A stretch of 64,000 bases of DNA, taken from the UHGV virus genome UHGV-1364187. One strand, written 5' to 3'. This DNA is from a virus. Both the position numbers and the translations under genes were made by a program. Positions 50,047-60,500 of the stretch are shown here, piece after piece (position 1 is the stretch's first letter; every line of letters begins with the position of its first letter). The notes below the pieces were generated by a model. It saw only the letters and a program-made list of their open reading frames with translations. It was not told where the DNA came from and searched no databases.

Positions 50047-51627
50047 TTAAGATGTAACTGTATCTAATCTATATACTGAACTTTTAGATACACATATTAC
50101 TCTGTTAAGACTATCTACATACATATCTAATACTACATCAGATATACTTGTTTCTACTTTTTTATTGTATTTTATATCTAAAGATATAATTTTATCATTT
50201 CCTTCTAATATATGAATATTGTATTTAGATATAGAAACAATTTTTCTTATAGAAGAAGAGCCAGTGTATATAGTCTCTTCTATACCAAGTAATGGATTAA
50301 GTCTATATATTTTATTATCAGCACCCATTAATATATATTTACCAGTGCAATCAAAACAATTTATACTCGTTATACCACTATATGTGATAGTTCTTGTTTG
50401 ATGCATTGTTGATAGTTTATTTCCTTCATATATAAACACTTGAGCACCACTTGAATACATTTTAGCATTAGATGTATATAATGGTTCAACACTACTACAT
50501 CCTTCAGAAAAGTATCTATTTGTATCTTTATAATCTAATACAGAATTGTTAATTATGTCACTAAGTGCAAATAAGTTGAAGTTATTTGATGAATTAGATT
50601 TTAGTAAAATATATTGTGTATCTGTGTGGTAACTAGGTGAAGAACCACTAATAAATTCTGGTATAGTCTTATCTGAAAATACAACGTCTTGTATCGATGT
50701 AACATTTGGAATACTAACAGTTGTTACATTCTTAGATGAATCTATAAATTGTATAGAATTAGAATTAATCAATAATATATACGGTTTTTTATCTACATCA
50801 TACGTTTTATAGAATATTCCTACTGGAGAAGATGATGCAACTTTAGATACAGTATTATCTATATTACCATTGATATCATAATAATATACATTACTACTTG
50901 ATGATATATAGAAATTAGCATCTTCATTACTTGTAACCTTACTATTTTCTTCTGGTAGATCTATAAGCTTAGTAAGTTTATATTTATCATGAATATCTGT
51001 ATCAAATGTATTAAGTTTAGCTATATTCACACATATATTATATATAGTAGATCCTTTAGGTGTACTTACACCTTTACTAGTAAGTGCTTCACATAACATA
51101 TCTAAATGATCTCTATATTGTTGCTGTAATTGTTTAAGTAATTCATTTAAATCGTATGCTTGTTTGCAAGATGAAATCTTAACACCAATATCAGATTTTG
51201 TTAATATATTACTCTTAACTATATTATCAAATTCTGTTTTAGTATAAGCATTTATAGAATCAAACTTGATATTTAATAATTCATTCTCTATCCATTCGTT
51301 ATCTGGTATATTGTCTCCAGGATCTTGTTTAAGATTCAATAATAACATTAATACATTTACCATTGAATCTATAGTAGGTTTATCATAAGTCTCAAAATAT
51401 TGTATATTATCTACAATATATTTTGCATCTTTTATATGAGAATCTATATAATCTTGATCGTAATAATCATCAGTTATACATCTCAGTGTTTTTTCTAATA
51501 CATAGTTATAGTATTCGTCTATTTCTTTCTTAGTATAACAATCTAAACTAGTTATGGGTTTTTCATTTTTCTTATCTTCTATTATTTTTATTATACGTTC
51601 GACGAAGTCGTCCTTTTGAATATCCAT
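50047..51627 (-). CDS. fibre-like protein with N-terminal YTKKEID/YTKTEFD repeats
   Basis: 526-aa ORF with RBS AGTGAGGTG. Confidence 0.45.
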   Translation of the reverse strand: MDIQKDDFVERIIKIIEDKKNEKPITSLDCYTKKEIDEYYNYVLEKTLRCITDDYYDQDYIDSHIKDAKYIVDNIQYFETYDKPTIDSMVNVLMLLLNLKQDPGDNIPDNEWIENELLNIKFDSINAYTKTEFDNIVKSNILTKSDIGVKISSCKQAYDLNELLKQLQQQYRDHLDMLCEALTSKGVSTPKGSTIYNICVNIAKLNTFDTDIHDKYKLTKLIDLPEENSKVTSNEDANFYISSSSNVYYYDINGNIDNTVSKVASSSPVGIFYKTYDVDKKPYILLINSNSIQFIDSSKNVTTVSIPNVTSIQDVVFSDKTIPEFISGSSPSYHTDTQYILLKSNSSNNFNLFALSDIINNSVLDYKDTNRYFSEGCSSVEPLYTSNAKMYSSGAQVFIYEGNKLSTMHQTRTITYSGITSINCFDCTGKYILMGADNKIYRLNPLLGIEETIYTGSSSIRKIVSISKYNIHILEGNDKIISLDIKYNKKVETSISDVVLDMYVDSLNRVICVSKSSVYRLDTVTS

Positions 51628-51644
51628 TTAAATCTCACCTCACT

Positions 51645-53264
51645 TTATATAGCAAATGTAACTTTATAAATCCCACTAGTAGTAATAATAACAAGTATAT
51701 TTTTAGAAGTATCAAAGTATATACTTGGATAAGATCCTATACTTCCAGTATCAAATCTCCATAATAATTTATTATTATGAGATCCATATATACTACTTGA
51801 ATATATAGTATATAGCATATCACTAACACCATCAAATGTAGCCATATTATGAAGACTTATAGCAAATGTAAAAGGGTACTTTGTCAGTTCTAATGATGTT
51901 AGATTAATCATATCATATGCACCATATATTATTTCTTTATTATATTTAAGAGCATTATTGGCAAAATCTGTTTTATAACTAGTTCCACTTTTAAGTTTAT
52001 CTATTACATTCTCTAAATTTGCAGATTGATCTTTTAAATCTAATTTATCTAATCTATCAGTATATTTAAATAGATAAGGATTAGAATTCATATATAATAA
52101 CACAGCATCAAATGATTGTTTATTATATACATGAAGTGTATTATCATTTATTTTAGTTGATGTTAATGTATTATCATATGTGTAAAGATTATATGAATAA
52201 TTCCATATAGTAGTTCCACTTTGGTTCATTCCGATACCACCAGTTTTATACCCACATAACATTTTACCATCATTCATTAATCCTATTGGTGCTAAACCTT
52301 GGTCTGTTAATGATAATGTGAGAGAACTTTTATCTACAATATGACTTGTTGTATATATATGACTAGATGAAAATACAATATGACCAGAATAATCATATTG
52401 TAATCTTGGTAAACTTATTGTAGCTTGTTGTAGTAAATTAAAGTCTGTATCATATACTAATACTGTAGTTTTTGATAATATATATAAATTTCCTGTAAAT
52501 GGATCAACTTTAGCTACAGGATATGTCAATGTAGAAATTCCACTAGAAGAAAAATCTACTACTTTCTCTATTGATTGTGGAGTTTGAGCATAGTACATTT
52601 CTTCTGACATAGGTTTATTAAATCCTAATATATCATCTCTATACACTTCCCATTTTTCACTACCACCTCTAGGAATACCAATGCCAGTGATAGCGGTGGC
52701 AGTTTTTGATTTCCCATCACTAGCAGATTGTTTTAAACTTTCTATTTTGCTATTTAATATTGTGTATTGATTAACTGATACTGGTTTATCTGTATCTGTA
52801 GTTAATCCGTCTACAATATCAGATGTTCTTAAAAATTCATTTAGTTTATTATCAACTTCTTTTTTTGTATAAAATCCAGTTACATCTGGTAATGCTCCAT
52901 TAACGGCATCCTGAATTAATTGTTTAACTTCATCTTTAGTATACACAGATCCAGCATCTAATTTACCAGCAATTAATTTTCTTAATGTAGCAAATCTCTG
53001 ATCTATCTGTTCTTTTGTATAGTTATCAAAAGATGTTATTTTATCTAACTTTTCTTGAATTAATCCTAATTTGAAATCAATGATTTCTTTTGTATAAGTT
53101 TTATCTACAGTAAGAACAATATCAAGATAATTATTGATCTCTGTAATTAATAAATCTATTTCTTCTTTTGTATAATAATCGTCTAATACTTTAGGTGGTT
53201 GAGATAGTTTTCTTAATAGTTCAACCAGTTCTTCATTTAATTCGGCTTCACTAATTCTTCCCAT
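51645..53264 (-). CDS. fibre-like protein with five N-terminal YTK(E/D)E(I/V)(D/K) repeats
   Basis: YYTKEEIDLL, YTKEIIDFKL, YTKEQIDQRF, YTKDEVKQLI, FYTKKEVDNKL. RBS AAAGGAGTG. Confidence 0.45.
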   Translation of the reverse strand: MGRISEAELNEELVELLRKLSQPPKVLDDYYTKEEIDLLITEINNYLDIVLTVDKTYTKEIIDFKLGLIQEKLDKITSFDNYTKEQIDQRFATLRKLIAGKLDAGSVYTKDEVKQLIQDAVNGALPDVTGFYTKKEVDNKLNEFLRTSDIVDGLTTDTDKPVSVNQYTILNSKIESLKQSASDGKSKTATAITGIGIPRGGSEKWEVYRDDILGFNKPMSEEMYYAQTPQSIEKVVDFSSSGISTLTYPVAKVDPFTGNLYILSKTTVLVYDTDFNLLQQATISLPRLQYDYSGHIVFSSSHIYTTSHIVDKSSLTLSLTDQGLAPIGLMNDGKMLCGYKTGGIGMNQSGTTIWNYSYNLYTYDNTLTSTKINDNTLHVYNKQSFDAVLLYMNSNPYLFKYTDRLDKLDLKDQSANLENVIDKLKSGTSYKTDFANNALKYNKEIIYGAYDMINLTSLELTKYPFTFAISLHNMATFDGVSDMLYTIYSSSIYGSHNNKLLWRFDTGSIGSYPSIYFDTSKNILVIITTSGIYKVTFAI

Positions 53265-53354
53265 AAGTATTCACACTCCTTTAATTTAGTTTATTTAGAT
53301 GTTTTCGTATAAAAAATAAAAGAGATATATATATAAAATCTCTCTTTTAAATGA

Positions 53355-53996
53355 TTATTTTTCTTTTGGTTCTATTGTTGCTGGAACAATTAATTGTTCA
53401 ATTCTATCAACTTTTTGTTGTAATTGGTTAATCTGATTGTACATAAATCTATTTTGTTCATATAAAGGTGTAATCATTGCACTGAATAACCTACCCATAT
53501 CATATACAATTTGTTGCGTATTGAAATGATATTCTGTTTCTCCTAAAGAATCATTTATATATGTTTCGTTAGTTTTATCATCAATAGATTCCATTATTTC
53601 TTTAGAATCATATATTGGATTTGGTAATTGAAAATTTGGATCGTGGTTTTGATCTGTATAACTTCCATTCATATAGATAGATGGTAACAATTCATAAGAT
53701 ATCCAATTCTTAAATTCTTTAGCACATGGCATCTTTGAAGCATAAATAAGATTGAATACATCTGGAAGTTTAATAAAGTTCGTCATTTGCTCTCTACTGA
53801 TAGAATCAGTGACGTTACGTTTCGTAACGTCATCACAATGATCATTAATAACCTTTCTAAAACTATTCTTACTATACCCTAAAATATCTAATACATCATT
53901 AGCACAGAATAATGTATCCGTTTGGTTACCATTTTCTGCTGGTATGATTCTTACACTTCCTAGATTGTTAAAGATAAATTCTTGTACTTTATTCAT
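53355..53996 (-). CDS. Bro-N domain protein
   Basis: GSVRIIPAENGNQTDTLFCANDVLDILGYS fits the Bro-N pattern. C-terminus LIVPATIEPKEK. Start at the ATG after AAATGGAGGAATC. Confidence 0.55.
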   Translation of the reverse strand: MNKVQEFIFNNLGSVRIIPAENGNQTDTLFCANDVLDILGYSKNSFRKVINDHCDDVTKRNVTDSISREQMTNFIKLPDVFNLIYASKMPCAKEFKNWISYELLPSIYMNGSYTDQNHDPNFQLPNPIYDSKEIMESIDDKTNETYINDSLGETEYHFNTQQIVYDMGRLFSAMITPLYEQNRFMYNQINQLQQKVDRIEQLIVPATIEPKEK

Positions 53997-54087
53997 TTTT
54001 GATTCCTCCATTTATTTTAAATTTAATTAGAATATTTTTATTCTAATCACTTATATAATATATATAATCAAAATTTTAAAATATTAC

Positions 54088-54684
54088 TTATTTTTCTTCT
54101 TCTATCGTTGCTGGAACAATAAGTTTACCTTGGACTATTGGATACTTAGGTAAATTTTCATAATCGTCACTACCATTATTAATCATAACAGTACAATTAT
54201 GATCTATAAGAGATTTATCTATTAAATATTCTCCTAATTGTTCTGGAGTTGCTAATATATCATCATTAAATACCATATGTTCTTGACCATTAGGTTTTAT
54301 TATCATATATACCATAGAATCATATGAATTAGTAGAAAAACCATTTAGATTACAACTATCTATATACATAGGACATACTTCAAATGTTCTATTTATAATA
54401 TTACCATTATTATATTGAACATTATCTATACAACTATATATTTCATATCTAGCATTTTCTAAATCTTCCCATTGAATATTACTATGCTCTTTTAAATATT
54501 GAATGGTATAATTTGTAACTTGTGTGTTATCTATAATATTTACTTCATCTTGAATATAAAATTCCATATATAAAGTGCTATTTTTATCGGTATGATATGA
54601 TTGAAATAGTGGATTATCACTTACAATACAAGTGCTCATTCCTACTTCATCTTTTGATACTAATACATAAAAAATTTTATTCAT
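54088..54684 (-). CDS. hypothetical protein; C-terminus LIVPATIEEEK
   Basis: Start at the ATG after AAGGAG. Confidence 0.5.
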   Translation of the reverse strand: MNKIFYVLVSKDEVGMSTCIVSDNPLFQSYHTDKNSTLYMEFYIQDEVNIIDNTQVTNYTIQYLKEHSNIQWEDLENARYEIYSCIDNVQYNNGNIINRTFEVCPMYIDSCNLNGFSTNSYDSMVYMIIKPNGQEHMVFNDDILATPEQLGEYLIDKSLIDHNCTVMINNGSDDYENLPKYPIVQGKLIVPATIEEEK

Positions 54685-54712
54685 AATATACATCTCCTTA
54701 TATAGGTAATAA

Positions 54713-54749
54713 AAAGAGATATCTAAATGATATCTCTTTATTTTTTATT
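54713..54749 (-). terminator. AGAGAT-core hairpin terminator
   Basis: Stem aaagagatatc/gatatctcttt followed by attttttatt. Confidence 0.5.
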
Positions 54750-55470
54750 AAAATCCAATTGTCCCATTAATTTTAAACGGTCCAATATTAAATGAACCCT
54801 CTATTTTTGACTGTTTAAAAAGATCAAACATAGAATGTTTATTATTTTCAGTATTATTAGTATTAGGTTGTTCATTTGCTACATTTCTAGGAACAATAAC
54901 AGCTGGTGTGATCATTTCATTATTTCTAATCTCATAATGTGTGCCATAATATTCTTGTCCAAGTCCTTGCTCAACACCAGCAAAATTAATATTTGAACAT
55001 CCACTATCTATAACATCTCCATCTACCATTTGATTAACAACATTTTCTAATGACCCCATAGGGTTTGTTATCGGATATAGTCTACTTAAATCACATTTAC
55101 AATCATAATCACATTGAACATATAGTTCTGGTTTTGATGGATATGGATTTCCATATAGATCACATTGTTGTACTTGAACTATTCTTCCTTTATAACTACA
55201 TGGAATAATATTTGCATCATCAGTTAATACTGAACTAGTTTTATCACAAAATACAACAGTACAATTATCTGATATATCATATCCTAACATTTTAAGATTT
55301 GTCAATAGTTTTTCTGCAAATATAGAATTTCCTAATTCAATTCTGATTGAAGAAGATAATGGAAAATCTTTAATATATACTTCTTTAGCACTTTCTGGAT
55401 CAAATGTACAATCGTCAGATATGATAAATTTGCCTAGTGAATAATTTAATACATATAACATTTCTACCAT
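54748..55470 (-). CDS. hypothetical Cys-rich protein containing ITPAVIVPR near the C-terminus
   Basis: 240-aa ORF with RBS AAGGAGG. Confidence 0.5.
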   Translation of the reverse strand: MVEMLYVLNYSLGKFIISDDCTFDPESAKEVYIKDFPLSSSIRIELGNSIFAEKLLTNLKMLGYDISDNCTVVFCDKTSSVLTDDANIIPCSYKGRIVQVQQCDLYGNPYPSKPELYVQCDYDCKCDLSRLYPITNPMGSLENVVNQMVDGDVIDSGCSNINFAGVEQGLGQEYYGTHYEIRNNEMITPAVIVPRNVANEQPNTNNTENNKHSMFDLFKQSKIEGSFNIGPFKINGTIGF

Positions 55471-55527
55471 AATTTTATTTATCCTCCTTAAAAAAATAGA
55501 GAGAAGTTTAACTTCTCTCTATATATT

Positions 55528-56421
55528 TTATACTCTTTTGAATAGTAATTCATCACTACTAAATCCAGCTGCGTTTTTATGTCCTCCACCCCCATATGAT
55601 TCAGCAATAGAAGCACAATCAACATTTGGATCTTGTGAGAATATACTATATGTGTATTTTTCACCATTAAAGCAATAAACCATGCAAATTGGATATTCTT
55701 TGATTTTATCTCCAAAAATCCAACTATTTGTTTTCTTATTAACAGCTAAACATTTAAGTCCTCTAATTTCAGTTTCATATCCATAGTCATTAAGATATTT
55801 AGCATTAGAAGTATCAATATACCTTTTAATAGTTTGACCATTGTTGATAATAGCTTGTAATATAATACCACGATTATCTTCTGATATTCTGTTCCATATA
55901 GGTTTACTACATTCATAACCCACAGAATCCATTCCAAGTTTGAAATAAGTTGTTTTGTCTCCATACTTAAATACCCATCTATCATAATCGTCAACGAGTC
56001 TAATGAAATATGGAACTACTTTCTCTAATTCTTGTTCATTCTCTAATATCGTAACAGGAAGTTTATTAGTGTAGATGTATGTTAATAATGCACCACATCC
56101 TAGATTTGATCTAATACCTGCTATATTTTTCAAATCTTGATATTTATCTATAAGCTCGATAGAAGATTTATGATGATCAATCCATACCACAACACATCCA
56201 CGAGCAATTAGATCTCTTAATACATGACATGTATTTTCTGTAAAGGAATAATCTACAAACCAAACTTCATCACCATCTTTTACTGTATCTAATGGTAATG
56301 GATCTGTATAATTTACTTCAAAGAAGTCTTCTTTGTTATAGTAATCACAAAACCAAGCTACAATATCTCCTGCTAAATTTCCGTCTAAATCATTGTGATA
56401 AAAGCATTTAATTTTTCTCAT
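55528..56421 (-). CDS. DHH/DHHA1 phosphoesterase (NrnA/GdpP-like nanoRNase fold)
   Basis: FYHNDLDGNLAG (motif I), VWIDHHKSS (DHH) and SYGGGGHKNAAGF (DHHA1 GGGH). Confidence 0.65.
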   Translation of the reverse strand: MRKIKCFYHNDLDGNLAGDIVAWFCDYYNKEDFFEVNYTDPLPLDTVKDGDEVWFVDYSFTENTCHVLRDLIARGCVVVWIDHHKSSIELIDKYQDLKNIAGIRSNLGCGALLTYIYTNKLPVTILENEQELEKVVPYFIRLVDDYDRWVFKYGDKTTYFKLGMDSVGYECSKPIWNRISEDNRGIILQAIINNGQTIKRYIDTSNAKYLNDYGYETEIRGLKCLAVNKKTNSWIFGDKIKEYPICMVYCFNGEKYTYSIFSQDPNVDCASIAESYGGGGHKNAAGFSSDELLFKRV

Positions 56422-56714
56422 TATAATCTCTCCATTTCTTTTTCTAATTTTGATATTTCTTTATTATTATCATGAAATCTTTTTGGTAAGTTAGCTTTGA
56501 TATAATTTTCTACTAACTTATTTTCTTTAGAATTTAGATCTTCTAAGAAATCAACATCTTGTAAGTTATATCTGTATACAGCTTTAAAATATAATCTATA
56601 TACTATTCTAGAATTGATAGTATTTAATTGACCAATTCTATTTTTTAACTTATTGGATTTACTATCATTACTTAATGTGCGTCTTGTTACATCAAATATA
56701 AACATAAATATCAC
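56421..56714 (-). CDS. hypothetical basic protein
   Basis: 97-aa ORF whose stop overlaps the downstream start (ATGA). Confidence 0.4.
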   Translation of the reverse strand: MIFMFIFDVTRRTLSNDSKSNKLKNRIGQLNTINSRIVYRLYFKAVYRYNLQDVDFLEDLNSKENKLVENYIKANLPKRFHDNNKEISKLEKEMERL

Positions 56715-56740
56715 TCTTCTATTTTATTATATATTTTTTA

Positions 56741-57091
56741 TCAATCTACAAGATTAATTAAACCTATAGATGTATTGATATCTATTTTTACATTTTTAAA
56801 ATGATTATTCATTTCTGATAATATTTTATTACGAATATTTATCATATCTGAATAATCTTTTAGAATATTATAAGCTTCTGATGGTGACATTGATACATAG
56901 TCTTTAATATCTTTATCTGTATAAATTTCACCATCACATATAAGATCATTATTGAAATAGAATGAATAATATCCACAATCTATCTTCAATAATGCTTCTA
57001 ATCTTGATAAAGAATTTTGATTATATTGGTAATTAATACCTACTAGTACTTCTTTATCAGCATTCATAAACTGTTCTATTAATTTATTCAT
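56741..57091 (-). CDS. hypothetical protein
   Basis: 116-aa ORF. Confidence 0.4.
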   Translation of the reverse strand: MNKLIEQFMNADKEVLVGINYQYNQNSLSRLEALLKIDCGYYSFYFNNDLICDGEIYTDKDIKDYVSMSPSEAYNILKDYSDMINIRNKILSEMNNHFKNVKIDINTSIGLINLVD

Positions 57092-57232
57092 GTTTATATT
57101 GTATACTCCTTTCTTTTAATACCATTCTAATGTATAAGGTATTGTATTTGTATTAATTTTTGGTATAAAACTACAACCTTCTTCATAAAGTTCATTTAAA
57201 TACTCTTCTATTAATTGCTCATTTATTTTGTA

Positions 57233-57451
57233 TCATTTTGGTAATTTTGCATCGATGATCAATGTTCTTTCACTAATTACATCATAATACTTATTTAATC
57301 TTTCAAACATTATAATTTCTTTTATATCTCTCCCTTTATCTTTAAATTTACAATTTACAGACTTAACTACTCTATCATATATTCTATCATTTATTTTTTG
57401 TAGAATATGAATCTGTGATAGTAAATATCCTTTCCTAGATTTTGTAAGCAT
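57233..57451 (-). CDS. hypothetical small protein
   Basis: 72-aa ORF ending in TGA. The same frame stays open for 38 more codons, to a TAA at about 57117-57119. Conserved promoter element upstream. Confidence 0.4.
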   Translation of the reverse strand: MLTKSRKGYLLSQIHILQKINDRIYDRVVKSVNCKFKDKGRDIKEIIMFERLNKYYDVISERTLIIDAKLPK

Positions 57452-57480
57452 AAAATCATCTCCTTTATAATTTTATTCAT

Positions 57481-57510
57481 ATTTATAATATATTATTGAA
57501 AATCATTTTA
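57481..57510 (-). promoter_or_regulatory. conserved early-promoter element
   Basis: Minus-strand TTTTCAATAATATATTATAAAT upstream of the 57451 gene, in the divergent region shared with the tail fibre gene. Confidence 0.45.
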
Positions 57511-57578
57511 TATGTAAGTTCACGTCATTTTAACATGCTAATAATTAAGTAAATATATTAAAAAAGGAGTGATTAAGA

Positions 57579-60500
57579 ATGGCTATTACAAATTTTACTA
57601 ATAAAGCTAAACGTTTCTCAGTATTAGTATTACCATATGAGAAAAAAGACATGGCTGTAGCTAAAGAGTTAATTATTGATTATGATAATGGTCATATCTA
57701 TGTAGTAGATAAAACTGGTACTAGAATTATTAGTATCACAAAAGATTTACAAGATTCTATTGATAATATCATAAACAATGGTGGGAATATTATCAATGTA
57801 ACAAATCCTAGTGATAATACAACACAAATTTTAAACGACGTATTAAAGAATATATATAATTATGTCAATGCTTCAGTAGAAGGATTATGTATTAAGAAAC
57901 CAGCTAGATTATTATGTGATACTAATATAGCTGTACTTAATGGATTACCTGGAGATATTGATAATGTAACAGTTAATGATGGAGATGATATTCTCCTTAT
58001 TGCACAAGATGATAAAAGATTAAATGGTAAATGGAAAGTAAATGCTAGTGGTGATTGGAAAAGATCAGATGATCTTAATTCTCAAACAGAACTTGTTAGA
58101 AGTGCATTCTTCTTTATTGATGAAGGGGATAAATATAAAAGTACTGGATGGTTATTAACAACTGATAATCCAGTTATTGATTCTTCTGATTTAGAGTTTG
58201 AAATATTTTCTAGACAAGAAGACATTCTAGCTGGAACTGGTTTAGTAAGAACTGGTAATGAATTTTCATTAGCGGAATGTGTTATTCCTGGAACTGCAAC
58301 TAAAGTAAGATGGGACCAATATGGTAGAATTGTAGGATGGGAAAATCCTACAACATTATTTGAATATGGTATCACTGATGCTGTTCCGTTATCACATATA
58401 GGTTCTGGTGGAGATCAACATGCTATTGTCACTGTAGATGAGCATGGTTTTTCGTCTAAAGAAGATAAACAAATGCTTGACTCTCTCATGCCAACCATTG
58501 AAGATTTGGAAATAAAAACAAACGAGAAATTAAATATTAAGTCAGAAATTGAATTTATATCACAAGATCCGATAGAAATTCAATTACAAGGAGAAACAGA
58601 GATTGTAAATGACCTACTTACAGATTCTGCAACTAAAGCTTTAGCTGCTGGACAAGGTAAAGTATTATACGATTTATTAAACTATCTATTTCAAAATACT
58701 AATGAGGATGGAACTCCATATACAAAATTATGGATGGGAACATTATCTCAATATTATAATCTATTAGAAAAAGATCCCGTTACTTTATACATGTCAACCG
58801 ATTATGTAAATGAAAATACAGCACTTTCTATGGGTTCTAATGTAGAAGAGATTATTATGATGCTTCAATTAATGCAATCTTCTAAAGTAAGTAAAGAGGG
58901 AGATATTGTTAATGGAGATCTTATTGTCGGTTCTTCTGTTAAAAACCAAAATCTTAAAGTGTATGGTAATATTTATATTAACGGTGTATTATTAGATCAA
59001 GCATTTGCACCAATAGATCATGAACATGATGATATGGTTTCACAAATAGACTTTGATGCTAAATTAAAGAAAAAAGCTGATAAATATCATACTCATGTTA
59101 TACCAGATGTTGAAGGTCTTAAAGAAGCTTTGGACAGTAAAGCTGCTATAGACCATACACATAATTTAATATATTATGATAAAGAAGAATTAGATTTCTT
59201 ATTATCTACAAAAGCTCCAGTAAACCATAAACATAAAGTAGCCGATATTATAGATTTATTTACTAAAGGTGATAGTACTGGTGCTAAAATGGAATTATGG
59301 TTAAAAAATATGATTAGTGATCCATTACATAGAACTGTAACCGATGCTCAAATTGCAAGATGGGAACAAATGGTTAATGGAACTAGTACTAATACTGGAG
59401 GAATATCTAAACTTGAATTAGACTCACATAATAACGATTCTAATGCACATCCAGATATTAGAGAATCTATTAGAGAAATTTTAGACGAGTTAGGCTCTGC
59501 AAGTTTAACTTCTAATTTAAATATTAAAGAATCTATTAATGAATTATATACAAAATTACCAACAGTAACAAATTCAGCAAAATTAATGAAAGAAGCTTGT
59601 AATGTAATTATAACACAGGATAATACAACTAACGTTCCTATTGGATTTACTGGATTTGATCCAGATATTCATACATTATTAGTATTTAAAAATAGTACGT
59701 ATTATCATCCAATAGAAGATTATACAATGAATGGAACTACAAGTATTGATTTAACTAAAGAAATTGTTCCATCTGGTACTATATTTACATTTGTTGTTTT
59801 ATGGGTAGAAGGCGACGTATTAGGTGGAGGATCTGGTTCTGGTTCAATATCTCAAGATATTTATGATCTATTAGATAATAAAGCTGATCTTGATCATGAA
59901 CACAAATTAAAAGATCTTATAGATGATCCATTACATAGAACTGTAACAGATGCTATGATTGATAGATGGAATAATGGAACAACTAGTAGTGGAAATAATA
60001 ACGGAATAGATGCAGCTATGCTTATTGCTGCCCATAATGTAGATACTACATCTCATGATGATCTCAGAACTAAAGTGGATGAAATTTATAACAATATGTC
60101 CAATGTTTTATTTAAGACAAAAGTTATAGAACTTATTCCGACAAGAGATAATCAAACAGAATTTAGTGTAAATATGAATGATTTAGCTAAAGAAAAATAT
60201 GGTCATTTTGTAATGTTTAATTCTACTGCTACATCAGATTATGTATTGTCTGATTATAAATTGAAATTTAATGAACCATGTAATTTAACTGATAAAATAA
60301 AATTAGTATTATTCTGGATTGATGGTAATATTCTAGTTCAAAATTCAGCAGCTGGATCTGTTGCTTGGGATTCATTAACACAAGCTGTTAAGAATACAAT
60401 TAATAATAAGATTGATAAAACAGAAGTATATACTAAAACAGAATTAGACACTCTTATAAATTCACTAGCAAGCACTACGATAACAGATGATTTACAAAGA

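Noticed and set aside
16524-58375. Other embedded or antisense ORFs (16524-16724, 22560-22742, 22579-22770, 25199-25432, 30394-30603, 34315-34503, 35330-35680, 38127-38363, 44258-44677, 48484-48666, 49146-49412, 50219-50401, 55488-55715, 55746-55994, 58082-58375)
   Set aside because: They overlap confident genes in another frame or strand, or lie within promoter regions. There are no initiation signals.
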